A stretch of DNA of 64,000 nt from Spirochaetia bacterium (lineage in GTDB: Bacteria; Spirochaetota; Spirochaetia; SZUA-6; Bin103): assembly GCA_965262935.1 (NCBI GenBank), contig OZ253572.1, positions 6,937,980 through 7,001,979 on the forward strand, given 5' to 3'. The notes under the pieces are model-generated. The model had not been told where the DNA came from. It searched no databases and saw nothing but the letters and a program-made list of their open reading frames with translations. Position numbers and translations under genes: made by a program. Positions 39,660-49,646 of this stretch are shown here, one piece after another. Position 1 is the first letter of the stretch; every line of letters starts with the position of its first letter.

Positions 39660-39946
39660 CCGGCCACCCGCGGCCGCAGCGCGCGCCAGGGAACGGTACT
39701 CGGGATTGACGTCGAACGCAGTGAGCGAGTGCCGCGCCTGGCCACGCCGTCCTCCCAGGGTGTGTTCGGCGCCAGATAGCCTTGGCGCTGGATCTCCTGC
39801 AGTACGTCGCGGCGCACCTCGCGCACCGCGGCGGCGGGCAACCGGCCGCGAAAGAACAGGTAGCCGCGCTCGCAGGCGGCGACGCGCAGAGCCGCGGCAT
39901 CGCCGAGCAACTCGCTGCATTCCTGATAGGGGGTTGCGTTCTCCAT
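39656..39946 (-). pseudogene. Phytanoyl-CoA dioxygenase (PhyH) family N-terminal fragment
   Basis: SELLGDAAALR....RGYLFFRG.L....V; HxD and catalytic core absent. Confidence 0.65.
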
Positions 39947-40086
39947 CGATCCGACGCCCCGGTATGTTAGATGGCGCAGGCGCCGCCGGCAACGCGCCGC
40001 TGCGCCGCTTGCGCGGGTGCGGCTCGCTCGCGTCTGCGGGCCGGCGGTCGACGGCGGCCCGCAGTCATGGTATTTGTGACTGACCG

Positions 40087-41514
40087 ATGCCGAAACAGCC
40101 GAACATTCTCGTGCTGCTCGCCGACCAGCTTCGTTACGACGCCCTGAGTTGCAACGGCGCACCGGTGTGTCGCACGCCGGCCATGGACTCGGTGGGCGCG
40201 GCGGGCATGCGCTTCGCCAATGCCTTCACGCCGATCGCGCTGTGTACGCCGGCGCGTGCCTCGCTGCTCACCGGCCGCTATCCCCACAACCACCGGCAAC
40301 TGTCCAACATGGGCAACTTCAACGGCGTGTTCGACGACCAACTCATCGGTCAGCCCACGCTGCTGTCCCGGCTCGCCGGGGCCGGCTATCGGATCGGCTA
40401 TGCCGGCAAGTGGCACCTGCCGCGCGAGGGCGACGGCGCGCTGTGGGGCGTGCACCGCTGGCATACGCCCGGCGAGTGGTCGCGCCCGCTCGCGCAGCAG
40501 GGCTACGAATTCGCCCGCGACGAGGTGCAGCGCCTGGAGTGGGGCGGGGCGGCGCCGTTCGCGGGGCGCAACACGCTGCCCGCCGAGCAGACCCAGGAAG
40601 CGTGGACGGCGGACCGGGCGATCGAAATGATCGACGCATTCGGCGGCGGGGACGCCCCCTTTCTGGTCACCGCTTCATTCTTCGGACCGCACTTCCCTTA
40701 CGCCGTGCCGGAGCCGTACGACACCAGGTACGACCCCGCCGCGGTTGCGCGGCCGGCGAACTTCGACGAGCGGTTCGCCGGCAAGCCGCTGATCCAGCAG
40801 AAGGAATTGCTGCGCTGGAACGCCGCCCACCTGACCTGGCCCGATTGGCAGCGGGTGATCGCCGCCTACTGGGGCTACTGCAGCTTCGTCGACCACCAGA
40901 TGGGCCGCGTGCTGGCAGCGCTGGAGCGCTCCGGGCGGCGCGACGACACCGTGGTGGTGGTGACCGCCGATCACGGCGACATGCTCGGCAACCACCGCCT
41001 GTTCAACAAGGGCTTCCACATGTACGAGGAGACCCACCGCGTGCCGCTGCTGATTGCCGGTCCCGGCATCGAGCGGGGCGCCACCACCGCGCCGTTCGCG
41101 AATCTGGTCGACCTGGCTCCCACGCTGCTGGAGCTGGCCGCGGCCGAGCCGCTGGCGGACGCGGATGGCCGCTCCCTGGCGCCGCTGCTGGCCGGGCGGA
41201 CGCCGGCCGACTGGCCCGACGACGTGTTTGCCGAGTTCCACGGTTACGAGACCACCCTGTGCAGCACGCGCATGATCCGCACGGCGAACTGGAAGTACGT
41301 CTACAACCCCGCTACCGAGGACGAACTGTACGACCTGCGCTCGGATCCGGGGGAGTTGCACAACCTCGCCGGGCTGCTGGCGTTCGGGCATGTGCTGCGC
41401 CGCATGAAGGAGCGCCTGGTGGCCCGCATGCGAGCGACCGGTGACGGCCTGGCAGCCGAAAACGCCTGGCAGGCCAACTCCTACGACCTGTTCCTGTCCG
41501 GCCGCGAACGCTGA
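40087..41514 (+). CDS. Sulfatase (Cys-type formylglycine)
   Basis: PNILVLLADQ, CTPARASLLTGRY, GKWH, ADHG, RVPL. Confidence 0.95.
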   Translation: MPKQPNILVLLADQLRYDALSCNGAPVCRTPAMDSVGAAGMRFANAFTPIALCTPARASLLTGRYPHNHRQLSNMGNFNGVFDDQLIGQPTLLSRLAGAGYRIGYAGKWHLPREGDGALWGVHRWHTPGEWSRPLAQQGYEFARDEVQRLEWGGAAPFAGRNTLPAEQTQEAWTADRAIEMIDAFGGGDAPFLVTASFFGPHFPYAVPEPYDTRYDPAAVARPANFDERFAGKPLIQQKELLRWNAAHLTWPDWQRVIAAYWGYCSFVDHQMGRVLAALERSGRRDDTVVVVTADHGDMLGNHRLFNKGFHMYEETHRVPLLIAGPGIERGATTAPFANLVDLAPTLLELAAAEPLADADGRSLAPLLAGRTPADWPDDVFAEFHGYETTLCSTRMIRTANWKYVYNPATEDELYDLRSDPGELHNLAGLLAFGHVLRRMKERLVARMRATGDGLAAENAWQANSYDLFLSGRER

Positions 41515-41581
41515 CCGGGCCACGCCGCCGATCGAAGCGCGGTGGCGAGCCTGAAAGCGATATTCGGTATAGTTGGCTGTC

Positions 41582-41848
41582 ATGAAGACGCGAATCGATG
41601 GGTTCGGCCGAGTCGTGATACCAAAACCACTGCGCGAGCAATATCGGTTCGAGGCGGGAACCGAGGTTGAGATCGTCACGACTGCAGACGGCATTACGCT
41701 GGTGCCCGTCATGCCCAAGCGGCGAATCGTGCGCCGCGGCCGCATCGCCGCGGTCGATACCGGCGCCGGCGCGGCGGCCGCGGAGATCTTAACCGTCGAC
41801 CGTGTCAGAACCGCTCACCTGGAAGGCAAGGGCGCACTGCTGGCGTGA
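41582..41848 (+). CDS. AbrB/MazE/SpoVT (VapB-like) DNA-binding protein
   Basis: IDGFGRVVIPKPLRE...GTEVE...GITLVP; TATAGT at 41568. Confidence 0.85.
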   Translation: MKTRIDGFGRVVIPKPLREQYRFEAGTEVEIVTTADGITLVPVMPKRRIVRRGRIAAVDTGAGAAAAEILTVDRVRTAHLEGKGALLA

Positions 41849-42276
41849 CCTCCGTGAGCATCGATACCACCTTTCTGCGCCGTTGCATCGCGACTCTGAA
41901 GCTGGCGCTGGAGCACCTGCAGCGCGCCGAGGAGGACGCCATCATCTACGACCTCCATCGGGCGGCCTGCGTCAAGGAGTTCGAACTGGTGCTGGAGCAG
42001 AGCGGGAAGCTGCTGCGCAAGCGCCTGGCGCCCTACTTCGCGAGCAACCGGCACGCTGACCGTCTTGTCTTCAAGGACCTGTTCCGCCACGCCACCAAGC
42101 ATGGGCTGATCGACTCGGACGCGGTCGAACGGTGGCTTCGCTACCGAGACAACCGCAACCAGACCGCGCACGACTACGGCTCGGGCTTCGCCGAAGCCAC
42201 CCTGAAGCTCCTGCCCGACTTCATTGCCGACGCGAGCGCGCTGGCCGACATGATCGAGAGCGCCCCTGATGAATGA
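41845..42276 (+). CDS. HEPN-domain protein (HI0074 / HepT-like)
   Basis: KEFELVLEQSGKLL; RNQTAHDY (RX4HXY). Confidence 0.88.
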   Translation: MTSVSIDTTFLRRCIATLKLALEHLQRAEEDAIIYDLHRAACVKEFELVLEQSGKLLRKRLAPYFASNRHADRLVFKDLFRHATKHGLIDSDAVERWLRYRDNRNQTAHDYGSGFAEATLKLLPDFIADASALADMIESAPDE

Positions 42277-42781
42277 CCGTCTGCATCTATCCCCCAAGCA
42301 CCGCGCCGAGATCGAGGCGCTGCTGCGCAAGCACCTGCCCGATGTCGAAGTGTGGGCCTACGGCAGCCGGGTGACCGGCCGCAGCCACGACGGCAGCGAC
42401 CTCGACCTGGTGCTGCGCGCACCGGGCTTGCAGAGGATCCCCGCCGTCGCCCTGGCAGATCTGGCTGACTCGATCCGCGAGTCCGCCATCCCGTTCCTGG
42501 TGGAAGCGCACGACTGGGCCCGCCTGCCGGCGCACTTCCACCCCGAAATCGAGCACGACCACGTCGTACTGTTGACAAATCCAGGCCGGCGCGGCCTCGA
42601 TCGAACACGGAGGAAGCCGATGGCAGCCAAAAAAGACGTGATCCGCCCCCTTGACGAGGGTGTTCACCACAGAAGTGGTCAACGTCCGAGGCCCCAGACT
42701 CCCAGGCCGACGGCCAACCCCGCCGGCCAACGGCCCGACGACGGTAAACCGACGGAGAGTGGCGCGGCTCCCAAGGACTGA
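42269..42781 (+). CDS. Minimal nucleotidyltransferase (MNT) with aberrant C-terminal extension
   Basis: YGSRVTGRSHDGSDLDL (GSX10DXD); domain ends near 42575. Confidence 0.85.
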   Translation: MNDRLHLSPKHRAEIEALLRKHLPDVEVWAYGSRVTGRSHDGSDLDLVLRAPGLQRIPAVALADLADSIRESAIPFLVEAHDWARLPAHFHPEIEHDHVVLLTNPGRRGLDRTRRKPMAAKKDVIRPLDEGVHHRSGQRPRPQTPRPTANPAGQRPDDGKPTESGAAPKD

Positions 42782-42793
42782 TTGCCCCGGAGG

Positions 42794-43885
42794 CTACCAG
42801 TCGCGAGAGTCGGGCACCGGGAGCCAGCGGCCATCGTCGCGGATCGACTGCTGGCTGATCAGGCCGGGCAGGGTCATGTCCATCGCCTCGTGGATCCCGA
42901 ACGGGGCGTCCGGCTGGCCACGCACCAGCTTGTCGAAGTCCAGGATCTCGTAGTAGTCGCCGCCGCCGTGACCGGCGCCGATTGCGGCCGCGGGAGGGTT
43001 CTTCCACAGCTCGGGCAGGTAGCCGGCCACCGCCGCCATGCTGAACCAGCGCGGGGTTGCGGAGAGTTCTCGCAGCCAGATCTGCGCTTCGCATGCCGGG
43101 ATGCGGCCCGATTCGAAGCAGCCGTCGGTGCCCTGGGCGTGGTACGCCGTCATGGCGTGCGGGCGGTCGGACAGCATGTCGACGCGGATCTTGATCAGCG
43201 CGCCGCGGGCGGTCCTGCACAGCATCACCGGGGTCATCTGGGCGTATTCGTCGCCACGCGGGTCGCGCAGCCTGACCTCGGTATCGGCGCAGCACACCTG
43301 GGCCACGCGGTCGCCCGGCATCCACTGCAGGATCGGCCCGAGGCTGTGGGTGCCGTAGGTGACGCCGGCAATCCCGGTCTGCCAGGTGCGCCGCCACGGC
43401 GTGTCCTCGTTCAGCTGCTTGACTTCGTGCACGTATTCGCCCTCGGCGTAATACACCTGCCCGAACAGGCCGCGCCGCACGAGCGCGGTCACCAGCACGT
43501 TGTCCTTCCGGTAGAGGTAGTTCTCGGCCATCATGTAGGCCGCCGTGCTGGCCGTGCTGGCGCGCACCAGCGCCCGGCACTCGTCGAGACTCACCGCCGC
43601 GGGCACCTCGCTCAGGACGTGGATGCCCCGCTCCAACGCGGCAATCGCCATCGACGCGTGGTACGGCATCGGCGTGCCGATGACCATCGCGTCAATGCTC
43701 GCCTCGTCGAGCATCCGCTCGTAGTCCAGGTACTGCAGATGCGCCCCCATGCGCGCCGCCGCGGCCGGGAGCCCCTCCGCATCGACGTCGCACACCGCCG
43801 TGACCCGGAAGCCGGCCGCCCGCAGGCCCGCCGCGAAGCTCCCGCCGCGCCGGCACGCGCCTGCTATTCCCACCCTGATCGCCAT
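42794..43885 (-). CDS. Gfo/Idh/MocA oxidoreductase
   Basis: IRVGIAG, HVLSEVP, MAENY, YGTHSLGP, HGGGD. Confidence 0.9.
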   Translation of the reverse strand: MAIRVGIAGACRRGGSFAAGLRAAGFRVTAVCDVDAEGLPAAAARMGAHLQYLDYERMLDEASIDAMVIGTPMPYHASMAIAALERGIHVLSEVPAAVSLDECRALVRASTASTAAYMMAENYLYRKDNVLVTALVRRGLFGQVYYAEGEYVHEVKQLNEDTPWRRTWQTGIAGVTYGTHSLGPILQWMPGDRVAQVCCADTEVRLRDPRGDEYAQMTPVMLCRTARGALIKIRVDMLSDRPHAMTAYHAQGTDGCFESGRIPACEAQIWLRELSATPRWFSMAAVAGYLPELWKNPPAAAIGAGHGGGDYYEILDFDKLVRGQPDAPFGIHEAMDMTLPGLISQQSIRDDGRWLPVPDSRDW

Positions 43886-43914
43886 CACCCCACCACCTTT
43901 GCCGCACGTCCGGC

Positions 43915-44834
43915 TCAGTCGAGAATGTCTCCGTCCCACAGGCGGCGGAGAAAGTCCATCACCGGCAGGACTTGAATGTCGTTCCACCGCGCCGGCCGGG
44001 CGCCGCGATACACGCCGTAACAGCACACCCGGTCGGCGCCGAACTCGGCACGCATCCGCTCCAGGCCACGCTGGTAGCGGCGCTCCCATCTGGCCGCCGA
44101 CTTTATTGCCACCGCGACGAATCCCCGCCGCGTCTCGCACAGGACGTCCACCTCGACGCGGTCGTAGCTGCGCCAGTAGTAGAGCGGATAGCGCAGGTTC
44201 CCATAGGCGATGTAGGCCCGCATTCGCGCGCGATCGCCGACAGGTTGGTCACCTGCCCGTTCTGGCGCGCGGCGACTTCGAGGAAGCGGCTGAAGCTGCC
44301 GATGCTCCGCGTGAGCGCCTCGGCGCGAATCTCCTCCTGCAGATAGGTCTCGGCGTAAGCAAGGAGATATCCCACGGGGTCGGCTCCGGTCACGGCGAGC
44401 GGCATGCTGCCGTGTACGAGGAGATCATCTATCGACCTCTCGAACTCCAGTTCTGCCGAGACGAGCGGGAACATGTGCTCTACCACGGCGCGTCCCGCCA
44501 ACAGGTTACCGCCGCCGCGCTTGAGCTTACGCGCGCTCGAGCCCGAGAGCACGAAGCGCAAGTGCCGCCGCTCGATCAGGCGATGAACCTCGTCCAGCAG
44601 GTCCGCCACCTTCTGCACCTCGTCGATCACCACCCAGGTTCCAGCCGGCAGCCCCTCCACCTCCCGGTACAGTGCCTCCGGATCGCGACTCAGACGAAGC
44701 GACTCGCGTGTGTTCAGGAGGTCATAGGTTGGCGCTCCTGCGAAGTTGCTCTCTATCCACGTTGACTTGCCGGTCCCCCGCGGTCCGAACAGAAAGAAGG
44801 ACGAGGCCGGTGGACGGAGCCTTCTCGCATACAT
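43915..44834 (-). pseudogene. AAA_14 + DUF4143 ATPase with internal deletion
   Basis: GPRGTGKS, IDEVQK, SGSSA, LAGRA; breaks at NLSAIARE and resumes out of frame at RAY..YYWR..EVD. Confidence 0.85.
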
Positions 44835-44835
44835 A

Positions 44836-44864
44836 GTTGTCATTTTTACCGTAAATATGACAAC
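44836..44864. promoter_or_regulatory. 14-bp-arm inverted repeat next to the start codon
   Basis: GTTGTCATTTTTAC-C-GTAAATATGACAAC, one mismatch. Confidence 0.65.
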
Positions 44865-45172
44865 AGTCCATGCAAAACAATGCCCCTTAATCACATCTTA
44901 CGGCGGTGGCGCCGTTGGTGGCCGGATGCCGGGGACCGCATCGTCGCGTGGGCGTGGTGCCACCGGGCGACGCGGGCGCCACCGCGGCAGCGGCGCATCC
45001 GTCCCGTGCGGAGTGAGGCCGCACCTGACAAGAGCGGGTTTCGGTGTTATCTTCCACCCCTGCCAGCCCGAGAGCATCAATTTCTACTGCGGCTCTCTGC
45101 ATCCCATCTCGTCACCGCCCACGCGGCGGTACGCGCTCGGAGCCCTTACCCTGACTATCGGCCGGAGGATCG

Positions 45173-46585
45173 ATGGCAACTGACGTAAAGCTCCCGGAAC
45201 TGGGAGAGAATATCGAAGCAGGTGACGTTGCGCGCGTCTTGGTGAGCCCGGGCGACCATGTGGACAAGGACGCGCCGCTGCTGGAGTTGGAGACCGACAA
45301 GGCGGTGGTGGAGGTGCCGGCGCCCGATGCCGGCGTGGTCACCGCCATCATGGTCAAGGCCGGCGACACCATCAGTGTCGGCGACACGATAGCCAGCCTG
45401 GAACCGGACGGCGCCGACGAAGCTGCGGCAGCGCAACCGGAAGCGGCATCCGCCGCGCCATCCGGGCCGGCCGCCGACCAGCCGCAGCCGGATGCCGAGC
45501 CGGCGCACACACCCGCGCAGGCGGCGGGCAGCCTGCTGGCCGCGGCCTCCGGCGTCACCGCCGCCCCTGCCACGGGAGCCGCTCCGGCTGCGCCAGCGCG
45601 CGCCGAGCCCGAATCGCCGGCGCCGCCCACCGCGGCCGGCACCGCGCCACCCGCCGCTGCGCCGGCGCCCGCGCCGGTAGCCGTGCAGCCGATTCCGGCC
45701 ACCCCCGCGGTGCGCCGCCTGGCGCGCGAGATCGGCGTCGCCATCGGCGTCGTCAGCGGCACCGGCGAAGGCGGCCGCATCCTGCTCGACGACGTCAAGG
45801 CGGCCGCCAAGCGGCTGCTGCAAGCGCCCGCCCCCGCGGCCGCGCACCCGACGGCCGCGCCGTTGCCCGATTTTGCGCAGTGGGGGCCGGTCGAGGAACA
45901 GGCGATGAATGCGGTGCGCCGCGCCACCACGACCCATCTGACCGCGGCCTGGCAGACCATCCCGGCGGTCACCCAAATGGACAAGGCGGACATCACCGAG
46001 CTGGAGCTGCTGCGCAAGCGCTATGCGCCGCGCGCCGAGGCGGGCGGCGGCAAGCTCACCGTGACCGCCATCCTGGTCAAGGTGCTGGCCACCGCCCTGA
46101 AGGTGTTTCCGCAGTTCAACGCCAGCATCGACCTGGCGCGCGCCACCGTGATCTACAAGCGCTACTGCACCATCGGCATCGCCGTCGACACCGACCGCGG
46201 TCTCCTGGTGCCGGTGATCCGCGACGCCGACCGCAAGAACATCATCGAGATCGCCGCCGCCCTCGGGGAGATCTCGGCGCGCGCCCGCTCCCGCAAGCTG
46301 AGCCCCGCCGAGATGGCCGGCGGCTGCTTTACCATCTCCAACCTGGGCGGCATCGGCGGCTCCCATTTCTCGCCGATCATCAACGCCCCCGAGGTGGCGA
46401 TCCTGGGCGTCTCGCGCGCCGAGATCGAGCCGGTATGGCGCGACGGGGCGTTCGTGCCGCGCCTGCGCCTGCCGCTGTCCCTGACCTACGACCATCGCCT
46501 GATCGACGGCGCCGACGGCATCCGCTTTCTGCGCTGGGTCATCGAAGCGCTGGAGCAGCCCCTGCTGCTGGCACTGGAGGGCTGA
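45173..46585 (+). CDS. aceF: Dihydrolipoamide acetyltransferase (PDH E2, single lipoyl domain)
   Basis: ETDKA lipoyl Lys, ATPAVRRLARE, FTISNLGG, DHRLIDG. Confidence 0.93.
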   Translation: MATDVKLPELGENIEAGDVARVLVSPGDHVDKDAPLLELETDKAVVEVPAPDAGVVTAIMVKAGDTISVGDTIASLEPDGADEAAAAQPEAASAAPSGPAADQPQPDAEPAHTPAQAAGSLLAAASGVTAAPATGAAPAAPARAEPESPAPPTAAGTAPPAAAPAPAPVAVQPIPATPAVRRLAREIGVAIGVVSGTGEGGRILLDDVKAAAKRLLQAPAPAAAHPTAAPLPDFAQWGPVEEQAMNAVRRATTTHLTAAWQTIPAVTQMDKADITELELLRKRYAPRAEAGGGKLTVTAILVKVLATALKVFPQFNASIDLARATVIYKRYCTIGIAVDTDRGLLVPVIRDADRKNIIEIAAALGEISARARSRKLSPAEMAGGCFTISNLGGIGGSHFSPIINAPEVAILGVSRAEIEPVWRDGAFVPRLRLPLSLTYDHRLIDGADGIRFLRWVIEALEQPLLLALEG

Positions 46586-46590
46586 AAGCC

Positions 46591-48018
46591 ATGGCTGACG
46601 TGATGCAACGAACCCACCTGGCGGTGCTCGGCGGCGGCCCCGGCGGCTACGCGGCGGCGTTCATGGCCACCGACCTGGGGCTGCAGGTGACTCTGATCGA
46701 CGACGCGCCGAATCCGGGCGGGGTGTGCCTGTACCGCGGCTGCATCCCCTCCAAGGCGCTCCTGCACGTCGCCAAGCTGCTGCACGAGGCCGAGGCGGCG
46801 GCGGAGTGGGGCGTGCGGTTCCGCAAGCCGAAGATCGACCTGGACCGGCTGCGCGCCTGGAAGGAGAGCGTGGTCGGCAAGATGACCGCCGGCCTCGGCA
46901 TGTTGAGCAGGCAGCGCAAGGTGAACTACGTGCAGGGCCGCGGCCGCTTCAGCGACGATGGAACGCTGCTGGTGACCGGCGCGGGCGGCCGGCAGAGCGT
47001 GAGCTACGACCGGGCGATCATCGCCACCGGGTCGCGGCCGGCGCGCATTCCGGCGCTGTGGCTGGACAGCGAGCGGATGATGGACTCGACCGCCGCCCTG
47101 GAGCTGCGCGACGTGCCGCCCTCGCTGCTGGTGATCGGCGGCGGCTACATCGGCCTGGAACTCGGCTCGGTGTACGCCGCGCTCGGCTCCGCGGTGACGG
47201 TTGTGGAGATGCTGCCCGGCATCCTGCCCGGCGCCGACCGCGACCTGGCCGGCATCCTGGCGCGGCAGGTGGCGACGCGCTTCGCCAAGGTGCACGTGAA
47301 CACGCGCGTGGCGGCGCTGGAGGAAACCGCCGACGGCATCGCCGCCACGCTCGATACCCCCGCCGGCAAGGTCACCGAGACCTTCGCCAAGGTACTGATG
47401 AGCGTCGGGCGCACCCCCAACACCGATGACCTGGGCCTGGAACACCTCGGCATCATTACCGACGGACGCGGTTTCATCCCGGTGGACGAGCAGCGCCGCA
47501 CCGCCGATGCATCGGTGTTCGCGATCGGCGACGTGGCGGGCGAACCGGGGTTGGCGCACAAGGCCACCCACGAGGGCCGCACCGCCGCCGAGGCCGCCGC
47601 GGGCATGAAGGTGGCGTTCGAGCCGCGGGCGATACCGGCGGTGGTGTTCACCGACCCGGAGGTGGCGTGGTGCGGGCTCACCGAGACGGCCGCACGCGAG
47701 CAGGGCCGCGAGGTGAGCGTACAGCGGTTTCCGTGGGCCGCCTCCGGGCGCGCCACCACCATGGGCCGGCCCGACGGCCTCACCAAGCTGGTGCTGGATC
47801 CCGGCAGCGAGGCGGTGCTGGGCATGGGCGTGGTGGGAGTCGGCGCCGGCGAGCTGATCGCCGAGGGCGTGCTGGCGGTGGAGATGGCCGCCCTGGCCAC
47901 CGACCTGCGCCTGACCATCCACCCGCATCCCACCCTGAGCGAGACGGTCATGGAGAGCGCCGACCTGTTCTTCGGCCAGAGCACCCACCTGTACCGGCCG
48001 CGCCGGCCCGGGAAATGA
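46591..48018 (+). CDS. lpdA: Dihydrolipoamide dehydrogenase
   Basis: GGGPGGY, GGVCLYRGCIPSK, GGGYIGLE, HPHPTLSE. Confidence 0.96.
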   Translation: MADVMQRTHLAVLGGGPGGYAAAFMATDLGLQVTLIDDAPNPGGVCLYRGCIPSKALLHVAKLLHEAEAAAEWGVRFRKPKIDLDRLRAWKESVVGKMTAGLGMLSRQRKVNYVQGRGRFSDDGTLLVTGAGGRQSVSYDRAIIATGSRPARIPALWLDSERMMDSTAALELRDVPPSLLVIGGGYIGLELGSVYAALGSAVTVVEMLPGILPGADRDLAGILARQVATRFAKVHVNTRVAALEETADGIAATLDTPAGKVTETFAKVLMSVGRTPNTDDLGLEHLGIITDGRGFIPVDEQRRTADASVFAIGDVAGEPGLAHKATHEGRTAAEAAAGMKVAFEPRAIPAVVFTDPEVAWCGLTETAAREQGREVSVQRFPWAASGRATTMGRPDGLTKLVLDPGSEAVLGMGVVGVGAGELIAEGVLAVEMAALATDLRLTIHPHPTLSETVMESADLFFGQSTHLYRPRRPGK

Positions 48019-49322
48019 CCGCCCCGGTGCCAGACGGGACCGTCCGCTTGCCGGGGTGCGACGCCGCATCCGACGCCCCAGCCGATCGCTGGCGGTACTC
48101 CCCCGGACTGGGCACCGCGGCAGCAGCCGCCGCTTTAGCCGCAACTCGCTACGGGTGGTCGGCTTGCGCGCCCGCCGCTGACCGCGGGAACCCGAAAGCG
48201 GCCGCCGGGCGGCGCGCCGCTACTGATCTCGATGTCGCCGAGTGGGACGCCTATCTGGCGGCCGCCGGGGCACCCGCCTACCGGGCGCGGCAGATTCGCC
48301 ACCACCTGTTCCGCCGCCACACCGCCTCCTTCGCCGCCATGGCGCAGCTTCCGGCGGCGCTGCGCGAGCGCCTGGACCGCGACCTGACCCCTTATGGCCT
48401 GGCTGAGCGCAGCCGCACCGGTTCCCGCGACGGCCTGACCACCAAGCTTCTGCTGCAGGCCGGCGACGGCCACCTGGTGGAGGCGGTCTCCATTCAGGAG
48501 CCGGTGCCGCCGGACCCGCGGCGCGTGCGCCGCGCCCGCCACACGGTGTGCGTCAGCAGCCAGGTGGGTTGCGCCATGGGCTGCATCTTCTGCGCCTCCG
48601 GCATCGGTGGCGTGGCCCGCAACCTCACCGCCGGCGAGATGCTCGACCAGGTGGCCATCGTGCAGCGCGAGTTCGGACCGCTGACCAACCTGGTGTTCAT
48701 GGGCATGGGCGAGCCGCTGGCCAACTACCCCGCGTTGCGCCGCGCCCTGGCCGAGCTGTGCGCCGCCGACGCGTTCGGCTTCAGTGCGCGGCGCATCACG
48801 GTCAGCACCGTGGGGCTGGTGTCCGGCATCGAACGGCTGGCACGCGACGGCCCGCCGGTCGGGCTGGCGGTGAGCCTGCACGCCGCCGATGACCGCCTGC
48901 GGCGCCGCCTGGTGCCCACCTCGGGACGCTGGCCGGTAGCCGACATCGTCGCCGCGGCGGCCGCCTACGCGCGCGCCACCGGGCGCACCGCCACCTTCGA
49001 GTACGTGCTCCTGGAGGGGATCAACGATGCCGTGGCCGACGCCGAACGTCTGGCCGAACTCCTGAAACGGGACGCACCCGCGCCCGCCAAGGTGAACGTG
49101 ATTCCCTACAACCCGGTACCCGAATTCGCCAACCTGCGCCGCCCCTCCGCCACGCGCGTACACGCCTTCGTGCAGGCGCTGCGCCGCCGCGCCGTGCCGG
49201 TCACGGTACGCAAGGAAAAAGGCCAGGAAGTGGCAGCCGCCTGCGGCCAACTCCGCCGCCACGCCGCCACACTCTCCTCCGACAAGCGCGTGCCACACGC
49301 TTCCGAGGGGCGCTCTCGATAA
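48015..49322 (+). CDS. rlmN: 23S rRNA/tRNA m2A methyltransferase RlmN (radical SAM)
   Basis: CVSSQVGCAMGCIFC, FMGMGEP, SLHA, AACGQL; long N-terminal extension, start uncertain. Confidence 0.93.
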   Translation: MTAPVPDGTVRLPGCDAASDAPADRWRYSPGLGTAAAAAALAATRYGWSACAPAADRGNPKAAAGRRAATDLDVAEWDAYLAAAGAPAYRARQIRHHLFRRHTASFAAMAQLPAALRERLDRDLTPYGLAERSRTGSRDGLTTKLLLQAGDGHLVEAVSIQEPVPPDPRRVRRARHTVCVSSQVGCAMGCIFCASGIGGVARNLTAGEMLDQVAIVQREFGPLTNLVFMGMGEPLANYPALRRALAELCAADAFGFSARRITVSTVGLVSGIERLARDGPPVGLAVSLHAADDRLRRRLVPTSGRWPVADIVAAAAAYARATGRTATFEYVLLEGINDAVADAERLAELLKRDAPAPAKVNVIPYNPVPEFANLRRPSATRVHAFVQALRRRAVPVTVRKEKGQEVAAACGQLRRHAATLSSDKRVPHASEGRSR

Positions 49323-49324
49323 CG

Positions 49325-49580
49325 TTGGCCTACTGCCTGACCGTGCATAGGACCCAGGGCAGCGAGTTCGGCGTCACCCTCGTCGTGCTCACCAACCCCT
49401 GCTGGCTGCTCTCCCGTGAGCTCCTGTACACGGCACTGACCCGCCACCAGGACCGGCTGGTCATCCTGCACGAGGCCCGCTTGACGAGTATCGCCGCTAT
49501 GCAGGCGACGAGCACTCGCAGATCGCCCGGCGGATGACGAACCTCTTTGCCGCTCCCCTGCCGCGCGAAGTGGTAGCCGT
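49325..49580 (+). pseudogene. RecD-like SF1 helicase C-terminal fragment
   Basis: LAYCLTVHRTQGSEF, SRELLYTALTR (motifs V and VI). Confidence 0.8.
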
Positions 49581-49646
49581 AACGGCTGGCGGAGATTGTG
49601 GGACAGCAGCACCAATTGGTGTAGCATGTGGTCTCAGGACAAGACG

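Noticed and set aside
38289-39992. 567-aa version of the ATP-grasp protein
   Set aside because: The extension overlaps the PhyH fragment in another frame; ATG 39659 fits an ATGA overlap
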